Positions 10,141-19,143 of a stretch of DNA of 64,000 nt are shown piece by piece. A program made the translations under genes and the position numbers. The number at the start of each line of letters is the position of its first letter. Position 1 is the first letter of the stretch. This DNA comes from Syntrophobacterales bacterium (lineage in GTDB: Bacteria; Desulfobacterota; Desulfobaccia; Desulfobaccales; 0-14-0-80-60-11). The notes below the pieces were generated by a model. It searched no databases. It saw only the letters and a list, made by a program, of their open reading frames with translations, and was not told the origin of the DNA. The stretch lies in the NCBI GenBank assembly GCA_037388025.1, contig JARRKO010000034.1:32336-96335 (forward strand), given 5' to 3'.

Positions 10141-10779
10141 TCAGGGTGGGCGGCTCAATTTGGGATGGGAGCCTATGGCGGTACAAAGATCCTCCTGGAA
10201 TTTTTCGGAGAAGTTAGACATCAATTCGCTCATGGCTCTGGCAAAAGCATAGGAGGTATCTTCTGCTAATGGTTGGCTTCGAAAATCATATTCCCGTCGA
10301 AGAATTACCCGTCGCGGTTTGTCGGTGTCTATGAGGCTCACTTCTACCTGCAGCACGGCCCAGGAAACTGCACCGGTGCGTTCCCAGGCAAAGACGAAGA
10401 CCCGACCGCTCAATTCCAGGGGCGCCATGGTGGGATCATTGGCGCTTACCACTTGGGGAAACAGCCGGCTCGAGGTTAAATCATGGAGGAGATTCTCGGA
10501 CACCAGGGTTCCGGGGCTGGCCACCCATTGGAAGGCGCTGGAGAAGGATACGTGTCCGTTAGGTTTTAAAACCACCATCTCGGTGCGCCCATAAGGGCTG
10601 GAGGCCGTAAATTTCCACACCCGCACCCCTTTTTTAAAGCCTTGCCGGCATTGGGCCAAAGGGGGTTGATATTCCAATTGGTAGTAGATTGGCGGTGCTG
10701 CTCTCGGGAAGATCGAGCAGCCCACCAGCCACAACGCCATCAGCCACAGGAACCACCATCTTGGCAGAATCACGCTCAC
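10141..10779 (-). CDS. ABC-transport auxiliary lipoprotein (DUF330/PqiC-like), last gene of the Mla/MCE operon
   Basis: Lipobox LVGC after a signal peptide. It overlaps the MCE gene by 4 nt, and its position after MlaE/F/D-like genes is typical for this family. Confidence 0.7.
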   Translation of the reverse strand: MSVILPRWWFLWLMALWLVGCSIFPRAAPPIYYQLEYQPPLAQCRQGFKKGVRVWKFTASSPYGRTEMVVLKPNGHVSFSSAFQWVASPGTLVSENLLHDLTSSRLFPQVVSANDPTMAPLELSGRVFVFAWERTGAVSWAVLQVEVSLIDTDKPRRVILRREYDFRSQPLAEDTSYAFARAMSELMSNFSEKFQEDLCTAIGSHPKLSRPP

Positions 10780-11657
10780 CTCTGGAAAGGTTCCTTGCCC
10801 TTAGGGATGACCAGAATTTTACCGGGTTCTTCCCGCAACTCATGCACCATCCCTTTGAGGCTGGTAAGGACCTGGTTTATTTGAGAAATAGTGAACTCCA
10901 CCTGCGTGGCAATATCGCCCACTGCGCCAGGAGGAAGGTGTTCAAGCTGGGAGGCCAGATCTTTGCTGCTTTTCTGGGCCGCGGCCACCGTACCAGCGAG
11001 ATCGGTTAAAACTTGCTGAACTTTTCGGCGCGTGCCGGGTTTGCCCAGCATATTGGCCAGCTTTTCAATATCTGCGGAGATTTCCCTGAGATTTCTTATT
11101 GTCCTCCGAATATCCTTGTCCGTTATGAGCGCATCGGCATGCTGACCTGTTTTTTTCCATGAAGACACCAAACCGTTAAGGTCCAGAGAATTGATCTTTT
11201 TATAAATTTTGTTAAAAGCTTCCATAATCTGGACTTCGCCGGGGAGGGACGGGATCAGGGGGTATTTGTGGGGAAAAGTTATCTTCGGGGTGAGTTTCTC
11301 CAAATCCGCCGGCGCCGCGTCGAGGGCCAGATAAGGTTGGCCCGTGATACCCCCGGGCTTGAGTTCCACCGCCTTGGAGTCGACATTAAAGTCCGGGGAG
11401 ATTTTCAACTCCACCCGGATGAGTTTTCCATCGGGAGCGATGCCGACGGAGTTGACCCGGCCCACCTTTACACCCCGATAGCTCACGCCGGCCCCCGGCC
11501 CCAGGCCTTGCACCGACTCATTGAAAAAGGTGACATATGTTTGGGAGGGTTGAAAGAAGTAGGTGAGTCCGGCCCACACAAGGCCGCCGAGGGTAATCGC
11601 GACGCCGATTAAAAAGAACAGCCCAAGTTTGAAGCGACTAATCCTCTTGGCCATCAA
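10776..11657 (-). CDS. MCE/MlaD-family substrate-binding protein
   Basis: N-terminal TM anchor and an MCE domain (VTFFNESVQGLGPGAGVSYRGVKVGRVNSV). It has 4-nt overlaps with both neighbours. Confidence 0.85.
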   Translation of the reverse strand: MMAKRISRFKLGLFFLIGVAITLGGLVWAGLTYFFQPSQTYVTFFNESVQGLGPGAGVSYRGVKVGRVNSVGIAPDGKLIRVELKISPDFNVDSKAVELKPGGITGQPYLALDAAPADLEKLTPKITFPHKYPLIPSLPGEVQIMEAFNKIYKKINSLDLNGLVSSWKKTGQHADALITDKDIRRTIRNLREISADIEKLANMLGKPGTRRKVQQVLTDLAGTVAAAQKSSKDLASQLEHLPPGAVGDIATQVEFTISQINQVLTSLKGMVHELREEPGKILVIPKGKEPFQR

Positions 11658-12457
11658 ATGGTTCCTTCCGCGGGTTGCTCTTCAACCTGTCGCTGGAAAA
11701 AGGCCCTAACTTCGGGAACCTCACTCTCTCTCATCACGGCAGCCGTCCCTGACGCGATGATACCTTTGCGGTCCGCATTGATCATAATGGAGCGCCCCGA
11801 CAGGTTGTGGATGCTCGACAGATCGTGGGTTACCACCACCAGGGTTATTCCCAAAAAGGCGTTGAGTTCAAGGAGAAGCGCATCCATTTCCCGAGCGGTG
11901 GCGGGATCCAGGCCTGAAGCCGGCTCATCGCAAAACAGGATCTTGGGATCGAGGACCATACCTCTCGCCAGGCCGGCCCGTTTTTTCATACCGCCGCTCA
12001 ATTCTCCCGGCATCAGGTGGGCAAAGTGGCCCAACTCCACCAGATCGAGCTTCAACTGCACAATCGTATCGATGAGTTCCCGGGGCAGATCGGTGAACTC
12101 CTGGAGCGGCAGCGCCACATTTTCTCGCACCGTGAGGGACTCGAAGAGCGCCCCCGATTGGAACAAAACCCCGATGTGTTGGCGAACCTCGGATAAGGCC
12201 TCTTCGGCGTTAACCCCGGTTATCTCCTGGTCCACCACCCAGATTCGGCCTTGCTTGGGGGGCACCAGGCCGATTATTGCCTTGAGGAGGGTGGACTTGC
12301 CACAACCGCTGGCTCCCAGGATCGTCAGAATTTCTTGGGGGCGCACCTCAAAGCTTATCCCCTCCAGTACTACAGTTTCACCGTATCCCACCGTCAGGTT
12401 TTCTATCCTAATGATGTGGCCTTGGTGAAGGTCCGGCCCCGCGTTTTTATCGACCAT
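11654..12457 (-). CDS. ABC transporter ATP-binding protein, MlaF-like
   Basis: Walker A GASGCGKST, signature LSGGMKKRAGLAR, Walker B ILFCDEP and an H-loop VVVTHD. Confidence 0.92.
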   Translation of the reverse strand: MVDKNAGPDLHQGHIIRIENLTVGYGETVVLEGISFEVRPQEILTILGASGCGKSTLLKAIIGLVPPKQGRIWVVDQEITGVNAEEALSEVRQHIGVLFQSGALFESLTVRENVALPLQEFTDLPRELIDTIVQLKLDLVELGHFAHLMPGELSGGMKKRAGLARGMVLDPKILFCDEPASGLDPATAREMDALLLELNAFLGITLVVVTHDLSSIHNLSGRSIMINADRKGIIASGTAAVMRESEVPEVRAFFQRQVEEQPAEGTI

Positions 12458-12469
12458 GCCTCTGGCTTT

Positions 12470-13582
12470 TCACCATCCGTAGGTTTGAAAGATATAGCTA
12501 AACAGCGTATCCAGAAAAATTACCATAAAGATTCCGGTTACCACCGCCGAGGTTGTCTGAATTCCCACGCTGCCGGCCCCCAGACCGGTCTGGAGTCCAC
12601 GAAAACAGCCGATGAGACCGACGAAGGCGCCAAAAACCGCACCCTTAATGAGCCCGGTGTAAATATCACTGGGGCCGAGAACTTTCTGGGCTTCATACAG
12701 AAAACTTGCCGCGGGGACCTGCATAGCTGCTTTACTGGTTACGAGGCCCCCCAGAATACCGGTGGCGTTCGAGATCATCGTCAGCAGCGGTCCGGACACC
12801 ATGAGGGCCAGAACACGCGGCAGGACCAGATAACTGGTGATGTCAAAATTGTGAACTGCCAGGGCATCCACTTCCTCATTCAATTTCATGGTGCCCAATT
12901 CGGCGGCAAACGCGGCTCCGGACCTCCCCGCCATGATCACCGCGGTGAGGAGCGGCCCCATCTCTCTGGTTACCGCAAAAACCACCATATCGGCGATATA
13001 TATTTTTGCCCCGAGGTTGGTGACGGTTTTCATCCCCTGAAACACCATGAGGGCCCCTAACAACAGACTGAGCATAACCAACAGGGGCACCGCGCCCGCG
13101 CCTACCAACTGGATTTGATAAAGCAGTTCCTTGACATGCAATCGACTGGGATGCATAAGCTGCCTGGGGCCGGCGACCAGGAAGTCTCCCAGGAATCGGA
13201 TGAAATCGCCAGCATCCGCCAAATGTTTCAGACCCCACTCACCGAAGCGGGAGACAAAATTGACCCGGGGCATGGCCTCCCGGATTGGCTGGCCGGATGA
13301 GTGTTCTTTTATGTAGCGAAGAAATGGGCTTACTGCATCCGGAAGATTACGAAGAATAAATTCGGTTCCCAGACTAGAGCATAGATTCTCGAGGCTAATC
13401 AGCAAGGCGACACCCGCGGTATCGATGCCGGTGACCTCTCGTAAATCGAGAATTAATCGTGACGGTTTGTTTTTTTCACGCCAGATCGCACCTGATTGGG
13501 TTCGGTCTATTTTGCCGCGAAGATGATGTAAGACACCACCCTCGGGTGCCTCCCCAGGTCTCAATGAGGGGGAATCATCCAT
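12470..13582 (-). CDS. MlaE-family ABC permease with an N-terminal STAS (MlaB-like) domain
   Basis: The N-terminal ~100 aa are STAS-like (LILDLREVTGIDTAGVALLISL). The C-terminal ~260 aa are a MlaE permease (FQGMKTVTNLGAKIYIADMV..., VVTGIFMVIFLD). Confidence 0.85.
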   Translation of the reverse strand: MDDSPSLRPGEAPEGGVLHHLRGKIDRTQSGAIWREKNKPSRLILDLREVTGIDTAGVALLISLENLCSSLGTEFILRNLPDAVSPFLRYIKEHSSGQPIREAMPRVNFVSRFGEWGLKHLADAGDFIRFLGDFLVAGPRQLMHPSRLHVKELLYQIQLVGAGAVPLLVMLSLLLGALMVFQGMKTVTNLGAKIYIADMVVFAVTREMGPLLTAVIMAGRSGAAFAAELGTMKLNEEVDALAVHNFDITSYLVLPRVLALMVSGPLLTMISNATGILGGLVTSKAAMQVPAASFLYEAQKVLGPSDIYTGLIKGAVFGAFVGLIGCFRGLQTGLGAGSVGIQTTSAVVTGIFMVIFLDTLFSYIFQTYGW

Positions 13583-13694
13583 TTAATCAATATCCTTAAG
13601 AATCCGGGCCCGGAATAATTATAAGCAACTCCTCTTGTCCGGCGTCTAGTGCTATTTTTGGCTTTTATAACTGGTTTTGCAAGAAAAAGAAGGC

Positions 13695-14423
13695 CTATTT
13701 CCAATAGTGATAAATGGAACTCCCACGCCGGGGAGCGGCCATCGGTGGCGGGATGAATGCACCATTCAGTTTCTTGTGGGCGCAAACTACGTAGAATGTA
13801 CTGGGAATCTCCGGGTGGAAAATGGTGGATGGTACCCGGTCATAAACCTCGAATTTTAAGCGGTGATACATGCGTTCGGGATTACGCTGGGAGCAGGAGA
13901 AAAATTTTACGTAATAATGGTCGAGCTCCGCAGAAAAGAGCATATACTCATACATGGAAAGCAGGCGCCGAGCTACCCAACCCCACCGTAAGGGTCTTTC
14001 CAGATTCATATGCAGGTGGCCCGCATTCTCCGGGTGTTTAGGTTGCTCCATCAAACCCTTCCTCAACAACCAGCGGACAAATTGTTCGCTGCGCGGGTGA
14101 TCGCTGTATTTGCCGGCCAGCAAACGCCCCACCATCTTACAGGCGGTCTGAAAGCCGCTCAGCATCAGGGTACGCTGGAAGGATGGACACACTGAGCCCG
14201 TGAGATAGCCTGCTATGCGGCCCTCACTTTCAACCACCAGCGTGCACTCCGGTTCATAGTCCAGGTAGGGTTTGGTAAACAGGTCGGCGAAGAGCTCCCG
14301 GTCCTGATATATGGGATCAATGGGGCATCCCAGAAATCCGGTTTCGCAACAAACCCGGCGCACTTCTTCCCGATCGTCATCTCGGTATTGCCGCACGGTG
14401 ACATTATCAACGAATGTTCCCAC
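13695..14423 (-). CDS. Putative GNAT-family N-acetyltransferase
   Basis: GTG start. The N-terminus VRQYRDDDREEVRRVCCETGF and VVESEGRIAGYLTG resemble GNAT beta-strand motifs. The rest is unassigned. Confidence 0.55.
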   Translation of the reverse strand: MGTFVDNVTVRQYRDDDREEVRRVCCETGFLGCPIDPIYQDRELFADLFTKPYLDYEPECTLVVESEGRIAGYLTGSVCPSFQRTLMLSGFQTACKMVGRLLAGKYSDHPRSEQFVRWLLRKGLMEQPKHPENAGHLHMNLERPLRWGWVARRLLSMYEYMLFSAELDHYYVKFFSCSQRNPERMYHRLKFEVYDRVPSTIFHPEIPSTFYVVCAHKKLNGAFIPPPMAAPRRGSSIYHYWK

Positions 14424-14507
14424 TGTGACAGTCCTTTACCAAAGATAGCAGTTTCGTGGCGCCTTTCCGGAAAATGAATCCCTTCTTACCGGGCAGGACA
14501 AATATAT

Positions 14508-14870
14508 CTATCCCAACCTGGAAACCTGGGCACATATTCTGAAAATATCTTCTTCGCTGTAACCCAGGTTAAAGCGAGACACAGAAGAATCGGAAGCAAA
14601 CTCATATTTGTCGATTCCTTCTCCGGGAAATCTAATGACTACTATTTCGAAGAAATCACTGTCCGGATCTTTGAAGACCTCCAAACCATAGTCATTCTTA
14701 AACCGGAATATGGCTTTATGGCCATCTTCAACCTGGTTGATCTGGAGGCAGGTTATGCTGTTGTCCAGGGATTTTAATAGAGAGCTCAAGTTGGGCCAGG
14801 TTGAGGGCCAAGACTGGGTTACCTCTTCCGATTTTCTTCTTGCCTTGCGTGGAAATCTGTAAAGTTCCAT
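14508..14870 (-). CDS. Hypothetical protein (120 aa)
   Basis: Isolated ATG ORF followed by an AT-rich 450-bp intergenic region. No motif recognised. Confidence 0.45.
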   Translation of the reverse strand: MELYRFPRKARRKSEEVTQSWPSTWPNLSSLLKSLDNSITCLQINQVEDGHKAIFRFKNDYGLEVFKDPDSDFFEIVVIRFPGEGIDKYEFASDSSVSRFNLGYSEEDIFRICAQVSRLG

Positions 14871-15317
14871 TGCTCTTCTCCTCGCACTTTGGCGGACTGT
14901 AGAGTCAACCGTCAGTGCGATAGCAGTGCTTGGTGCAGCCTAAAACTGATGTGCTTTGTCTTCGGGGAAGCAGTAGTCAAAAAGTGAGCAACGTCAACCT
15001 GAGAAGTAAAGATTTTTCCCCACTACAGGTTTCTAATTCCTCACCACCTCCTCTCAACTATTTATTTTAAAAAATTAATTACGATTTTCCTGTTGTAAAG
15101 AGAAAAAATGTGATTTTGCTTTGAGAACTTGTAACTCCAACCGCAGCAAAGGAATTTTCGTTTATATTAAATATCTTATATTTGAACATAATAGCTTCTA
15201 TAACAAATAAAAGGTAGATTATGGCTCAATAACTCTGCTGGCCCTGACCTTGAAAATATTGAAGGGCTGATTAACTTAGGCGGTATAGAGATAAATTTCC
15301 AGGGAAGGACCCTTCCC

Positions 15318-16010
15318 ATGCTCAGCATCGTAATTCCAACCCTCAACGAAGAGAAATACCTCCCGAATTTGCTTAACTCTCTGGAAAATCAGACGTTCAC
15401 GGACTTTGAGATCATAGTGGCCGACGCCGACTCCCGGGATGCCACCCGGGAAATCGCCAGGCGCTATGGTTGCCGGGTAGTGGTGGGAGGTCGCATCGCC
15501 CCGGGCCGGAATGCCGGTGCCCGGCAGGCCCGAGGAGATTTTATCCTTTTTCTGGATGCTGACGTTACGTTAGTGCCATCCTTTTTGGAAGATTTAAGTA
15601 GCAAGGTCCTTGAAAAAAAGCTAGATGTTGCTTCGGGCTTTATCGCTCCGGATAGTAGAAAAAAATTTGACCACATAATGGTAACAACGAGCAACCTATG
15701 GCATTTTGCCATCCAGCATTTATATCCACATGCTTCTGGATTTTATATCCTTGCCCGAAAGTCACTCCATGAAAAAATAGGTGGATTTGATGAAGAGCTA
15801 TTTCTGACAGAGGACCATGACTATGTTATAAGAGCAGCCCGTTTAGGCAAATTCAATTATTTGTGGAAACCCAGGGTTATATTCTCGGTTCGTCGCTTTG
15901 ATAAGGAGGGAAGATGGGGATTAATTTGGAAGTGCCTGGTATTAGAACTCTATATGCTTTTTAGGAAAGTAAAAAAAGAAGTGGTTAACTATGAGTTCGG
16001 CAAGTTCTAA
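15318..16010 (+). CDS. Family 2 glycosyltransferase
   Basis: LSIVIPTLNEEKYLPNLLNSL..., FEIIVADADSRD, FLDAD and TEDHD motifs of the GT2/GT-A fold. Confidence 0.88.
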   Translation: MLSIVIPTLNEEKYLPNLLNSLENQTFTDFEIIVADADSRDATREIARRYGCRVVVGGRIAPGRNAGARQARGDFILFLDADVTLVPSFLEDLSSKVLEKKLDVASGFIAPDSRKKFDHIMVTTSNLWHFAIQHLYPHASGFYILARKSLHEKIGGFDEELFLTEDHDYVIRAARLGKFNYLWKPRVIFSVRRFDKEGRWGLIWKCLVLELYMLFRKVKKEVVNYEFGKF

Positions 16011-16093
16011 ATTCATCTTAAATCAGATTTAAATAATAGTAATTTGCCTATTTAAAACAGCTCACCTTTCTCACTGCATTAGCTCAAGCTGAC

Positions 16094-17170
16094 ATGGAAA
16101 ACGGGCATCCCATAACCGAGGGGAGCAAAGATCAGCACTCCAACGCCGGGGAGACGCCGTCCGGGCACTGGTTGCTGAGGCACTCTTGGTTGTGGCTGTT
16201 AATGGTGAGCATCCTGCTCAGCCTGACCGTGCCCTTTGTCCTCGGTGGCTTTAAGCAGTTCGAGGAGTTGAACCGCCTGACCTGGTGGGCCGCCGGACTG
16301 TTGACCATGTTGACGCTCTTCAGCTGGGTGTTTAATTCCCTGCGCACCTGGCTGCTCATGTCGGCCCTGGGCCAAAAGATAGGTTTCATCGAGGCCGCGC
16401 TCACCACGATTTCCGCCGAGTTTGCCGGAGTAGCCACCCCTTCGGCCGTGGGTATGCCGGCCACCTATACCTTTTTGTTTCATAACCTGGGACTGACCCT
16501 CGGTGAGGCCATCGGCCTGGTCGGGGTTATCGTGCTCACCGATCTGACGTATTTCGGCACCATTATGAGCTTGGCGGCGCTGGTCCAGGTCCTCCAAGGC
16601 ACCGGCCTGGATAGCCTGAGACTGGTAGAGGTGATACTGGTGGTGATCGTCGGCGGCACCCTGGTTTTAGGGGTGCTGATCTTAAACTTTCGGCGGATTT
16701 ACCATTTGGTGAGCCGGCAGATGGGGAAAACCTCCTGGTTGGCCGGCCACCGATATCGTCTGGCCCGGGGGACCGTTAATTTTCTCAAGAGTGTACGTAC
16801 CTTGAGGAAAATGTCCTGGCTCCAACTGATCGCCCTTTATGTCATTACCGTAGGGTTCTGGCTGCCCCGCTATCTGCTGTTGTATGTCATACTCCAATTG
16901 GTGGGAGTAAATATCTCCTTTTCTTATCTGCTGCTCGTCCAGGGAGTCTTGAACCTGGGAGGCCAAGTGGTTCCGATGCCCGGGGGCGGCGGCGCGGTGG
17001 GTGCGGGTTATGCCGCGTTCCTGAGTCCTTACCTGGCTCGGGAACCCCTGGCCTTTACCTTGATTGTGTGGCGCACGTATACTTTTTATTGGTACCTTAT
17101 CGTGGGCGGACCTATTTTCCTTTATAAAACCGGGCATGCAGCACATAATCTGTTAAGCAGGAAAAAGTGA
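16094..17170 (+). CDS. Flippase-like membrane protein (lysyl-phosphatidylglycerol synthase TM-region family, UPF0104)
   Basis: About 8 TM helices and a glycine-rich PMPGGGGAVGAGY loop typical of the family. It is adjacent to the GT2 gene, a common pairing. Confidence 0.7.
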   Translation: MENGHPITEGSKDQHSNAGETPSGHWLLRHSWLWLLMVSILLSLTVPFVLGGFKQFEELNRLTWWAAGLLTMLTLFSWVFNSLRTWLLMSALGQKIGFIEAALTTISAEFAGVATPSAVGMPATYTFLFHNLGLTLGEAIGLVGVIVLTDLTYFGTIMSLAALVQVLQGTGLDSLRLVEVILVVIVGGTLVLGVLILNFRRIYHLVSRQMGKTSWLAGHRYRLARGTVNFLKSVRTLRKMSWLQLIALYVITVGFWLPRYLLLYVILQLVGVNISFSYLLLVQGVLNLGGQVVPMPGGGGAVGAGYAAFLSPYLAREPLAFTLIVWRTYTFYWYLIVGGPIFLYKTGHAAHNLLSRKK

Positions 17171-17267
17171 GGCAGATCAAGGACATTGCCAAACCACAAA
17201 ATTAAGATCTTGTCCATGAGCTGGAGGGGCGGGAGAGCCTCGCCAGGCAGGAGAATTGTGGCAGCCA

Positions 17268-18575
17268 CTATTCTTGTTTAAAAACCGGCCATAAATCCCG
17301 CTTTTTCATGAAGCGATATACGGCTTCGACGACAAAACTTATCACTACCATCAGTATCAGCACGAAAATTTCTTGCGGGTTGGTAGTCAGCTGCTGCCAG
17401 ACGAGCCCGACCAAGGCTCCCAAACAGGCCACCAGGCCAATGCCGGCCAACCACCGCGAGCTCCCGATGGATGTCGACAGACGCCAGTTGGCCCCATTGA
17501 CGCCCGCGAAAATTAACAGGAAGCCGGCGCTGCCCATCATGGAAATTCGTTCAATATCAAAGAAATTAGCCATCAGCAAGGCCACGCCCGCGGTCAGAAA
17601 TAACCCCTCCAAGGGACGTTGCCAGATTTTCCGCACCAGAATCCGCGGAAGTTCCCCTTCCCTGGCGATTACATAGCTTATACGGGCGGCGCCGTAAAGA
17701 GTGGCGTTAATGGCCGAAGCCGTGGATAACAGGGCGGCAGCCGCTATTAACGTAAACCCGACCTGGCCTAAAAAAGGCCTGGCGCTTACGGCCAGGGCAT
17801 ATTCTTTGTGCGCGATAATTTTGGCCAGAGATAAATTACCCACGGTCACTGCGGCGACAGCCACATAAAGCAAAATCACAAAGATTACTGAAACGTAATA
17901 GGCCCGGGGCAGGATGGCTTCAGGATGCTCTACGTTTCCGCCTGTATTAGCAATGAGCTCGAATCCTTCATAGGCCAGAAAAATAATCATACCTCCTGCT
18001 ACCAGCCGAGGCAGAGGAGTCCAGTTGGAGACGCTGAGCCGATGAACCTCTATGGTCCAGCATCCCGCTCCTATGAAGAGAAGCAGAATGGCAACCTTGA
18101 TCAGGACAATCCATTGTTCGGAGTCGCCCACTGCAGAGGAACCCAAGATATTTATTAAGGTGAAAATGACAATCACGCCGCTGATAAGCCCATGATTCGC
18201 CAGTGGTTGGTAAGAGGGCGGGAAAAAGGACGCTCCATAACTCCCAAAGGCAAAGGCATAGAGAGAGAGCATTACCATATAACTGATCCAAAGAAGGATG
18301 TTCAGGGCTCCGGTAATCAATCCTGTGCCAAAGGCCTGGTTGAGAAACTCCACCGTGCCCCCGGCGCTGGGATACTTGACGGACAAATGGGCATAAGAGT
18401 AAGAGGTTAACAGAGCCACCCCTCCAGCCAAGAAAAAGGCCACGGGAGTGCCGCCATGAGCCAGCTGTACCGCCAAACCAAGAACAGCGAAAATACCGCC
18501 GCCCACCATGCCGCCGATGCCGATGGCCACAACCTCTAAAAAAGTTAACCGGCTCCGTGGTTCTTTTCCCACCAA
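17268..18575 (-). CDS. APC-superfamily amino-acid permease
   Basis: 12-TM profile with an N-terminal GIGGMVGGGIF motif. The start is TTG or the adjacent GTG, so it is uncertain. Confidence 0.85.
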   Translation of the reverse strand: MVGKEPRSRLTFLEVVAIGIGGMVGGGIFAVLGLAVQLAHGGTPVAFFLAGGVALLTSYSYAHLSVKYPSAGGTVEFLNQAFGTGLITGALNILLWISYMVMLSLYAFAFGSYGASFFPPSYQPLANHGLISGVIVIFTLINILGSSAVGDSEQWIVLIKVAILLLFIGAGCWTIEVHRLSVSNWTPLPRLVAGGMIIFLAYEGFELIANTGGNVEHPEAILPRAYYVSVIFVILLYVAVAAVTVGNLSLAKIIAHKEYALAVSARPFLGQVGFTLIAAAALLSTASAINATLYGAARISYVIAREGELPRILVRKIWQRPLEGLFLTAGVALLMANFFDIERISMMGSAGFLLIFAGVNGANWRLSTSIGSSRWLAGIGLVACLGALVGLVWQQLTTNPQEIFVLILMVVISFVVEAVYRFMKKRDLWPVFKQE

Positions 18576-19143
18576 GGTTTTTCACTCGCGTGAATAGTTT
18601 TTTAACAATAAGGTTCTTCGTTGGAATTTTCAGGTAAGGACGCTAAGAAGCTACCTCATTCATGTATAATCTAGTGCTCCCCCTTTCGACATTCAACCTG
18701 GCCCATTTTTAAAGCGACCTGCCGAGCAAAGTATCGGTGATGCTGCCAACCTTGATTAAGTTCCATGGGTGATTAACTTTGCAGCAAGGTCTCTTCCCCT
18801 GACTGAGGTCGAAGCACGCAGCCTGGCAAAGGCTTGCACCGCAGAGAAACACCGCTTTATCTTGATTCTCGGGAAGCTTAAGGTCCTGGTGCAAAAAGGC
18901 AGGATCGTTGGGTCTGTCCTGCAACGGTCGTGGCGAGTCCCGGCCCACTATTTGGTTCATCAAATCCAACGTTGATGTCTTACCTGATCCTTGAATTAGC
19001 GGTCTAGCCGGAAGGGGTGTATTGAACGAAGGGTGAAAAAGCTATATCCGCCATGCTCACCAATTGGTCACATGTGACTATGTTCAGGGCCGGAAAGCTA
19101 TAATAATTTATTAGGGTATCTGAAAGTTCAGGGGGTATCTATC

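Noticed and set aside
18709-18975. Overlapping ORFs 18709-18969 (-) and 18769-18975 (+) in the 570-bp gap between the permease and the giant kinase.
   Set aside because: Neither has recognisable motifs or a convincing Shine-Dalgarno, and they are mutually exclusive. The region also contains a fragment of the R repeat (about 18622-18657).
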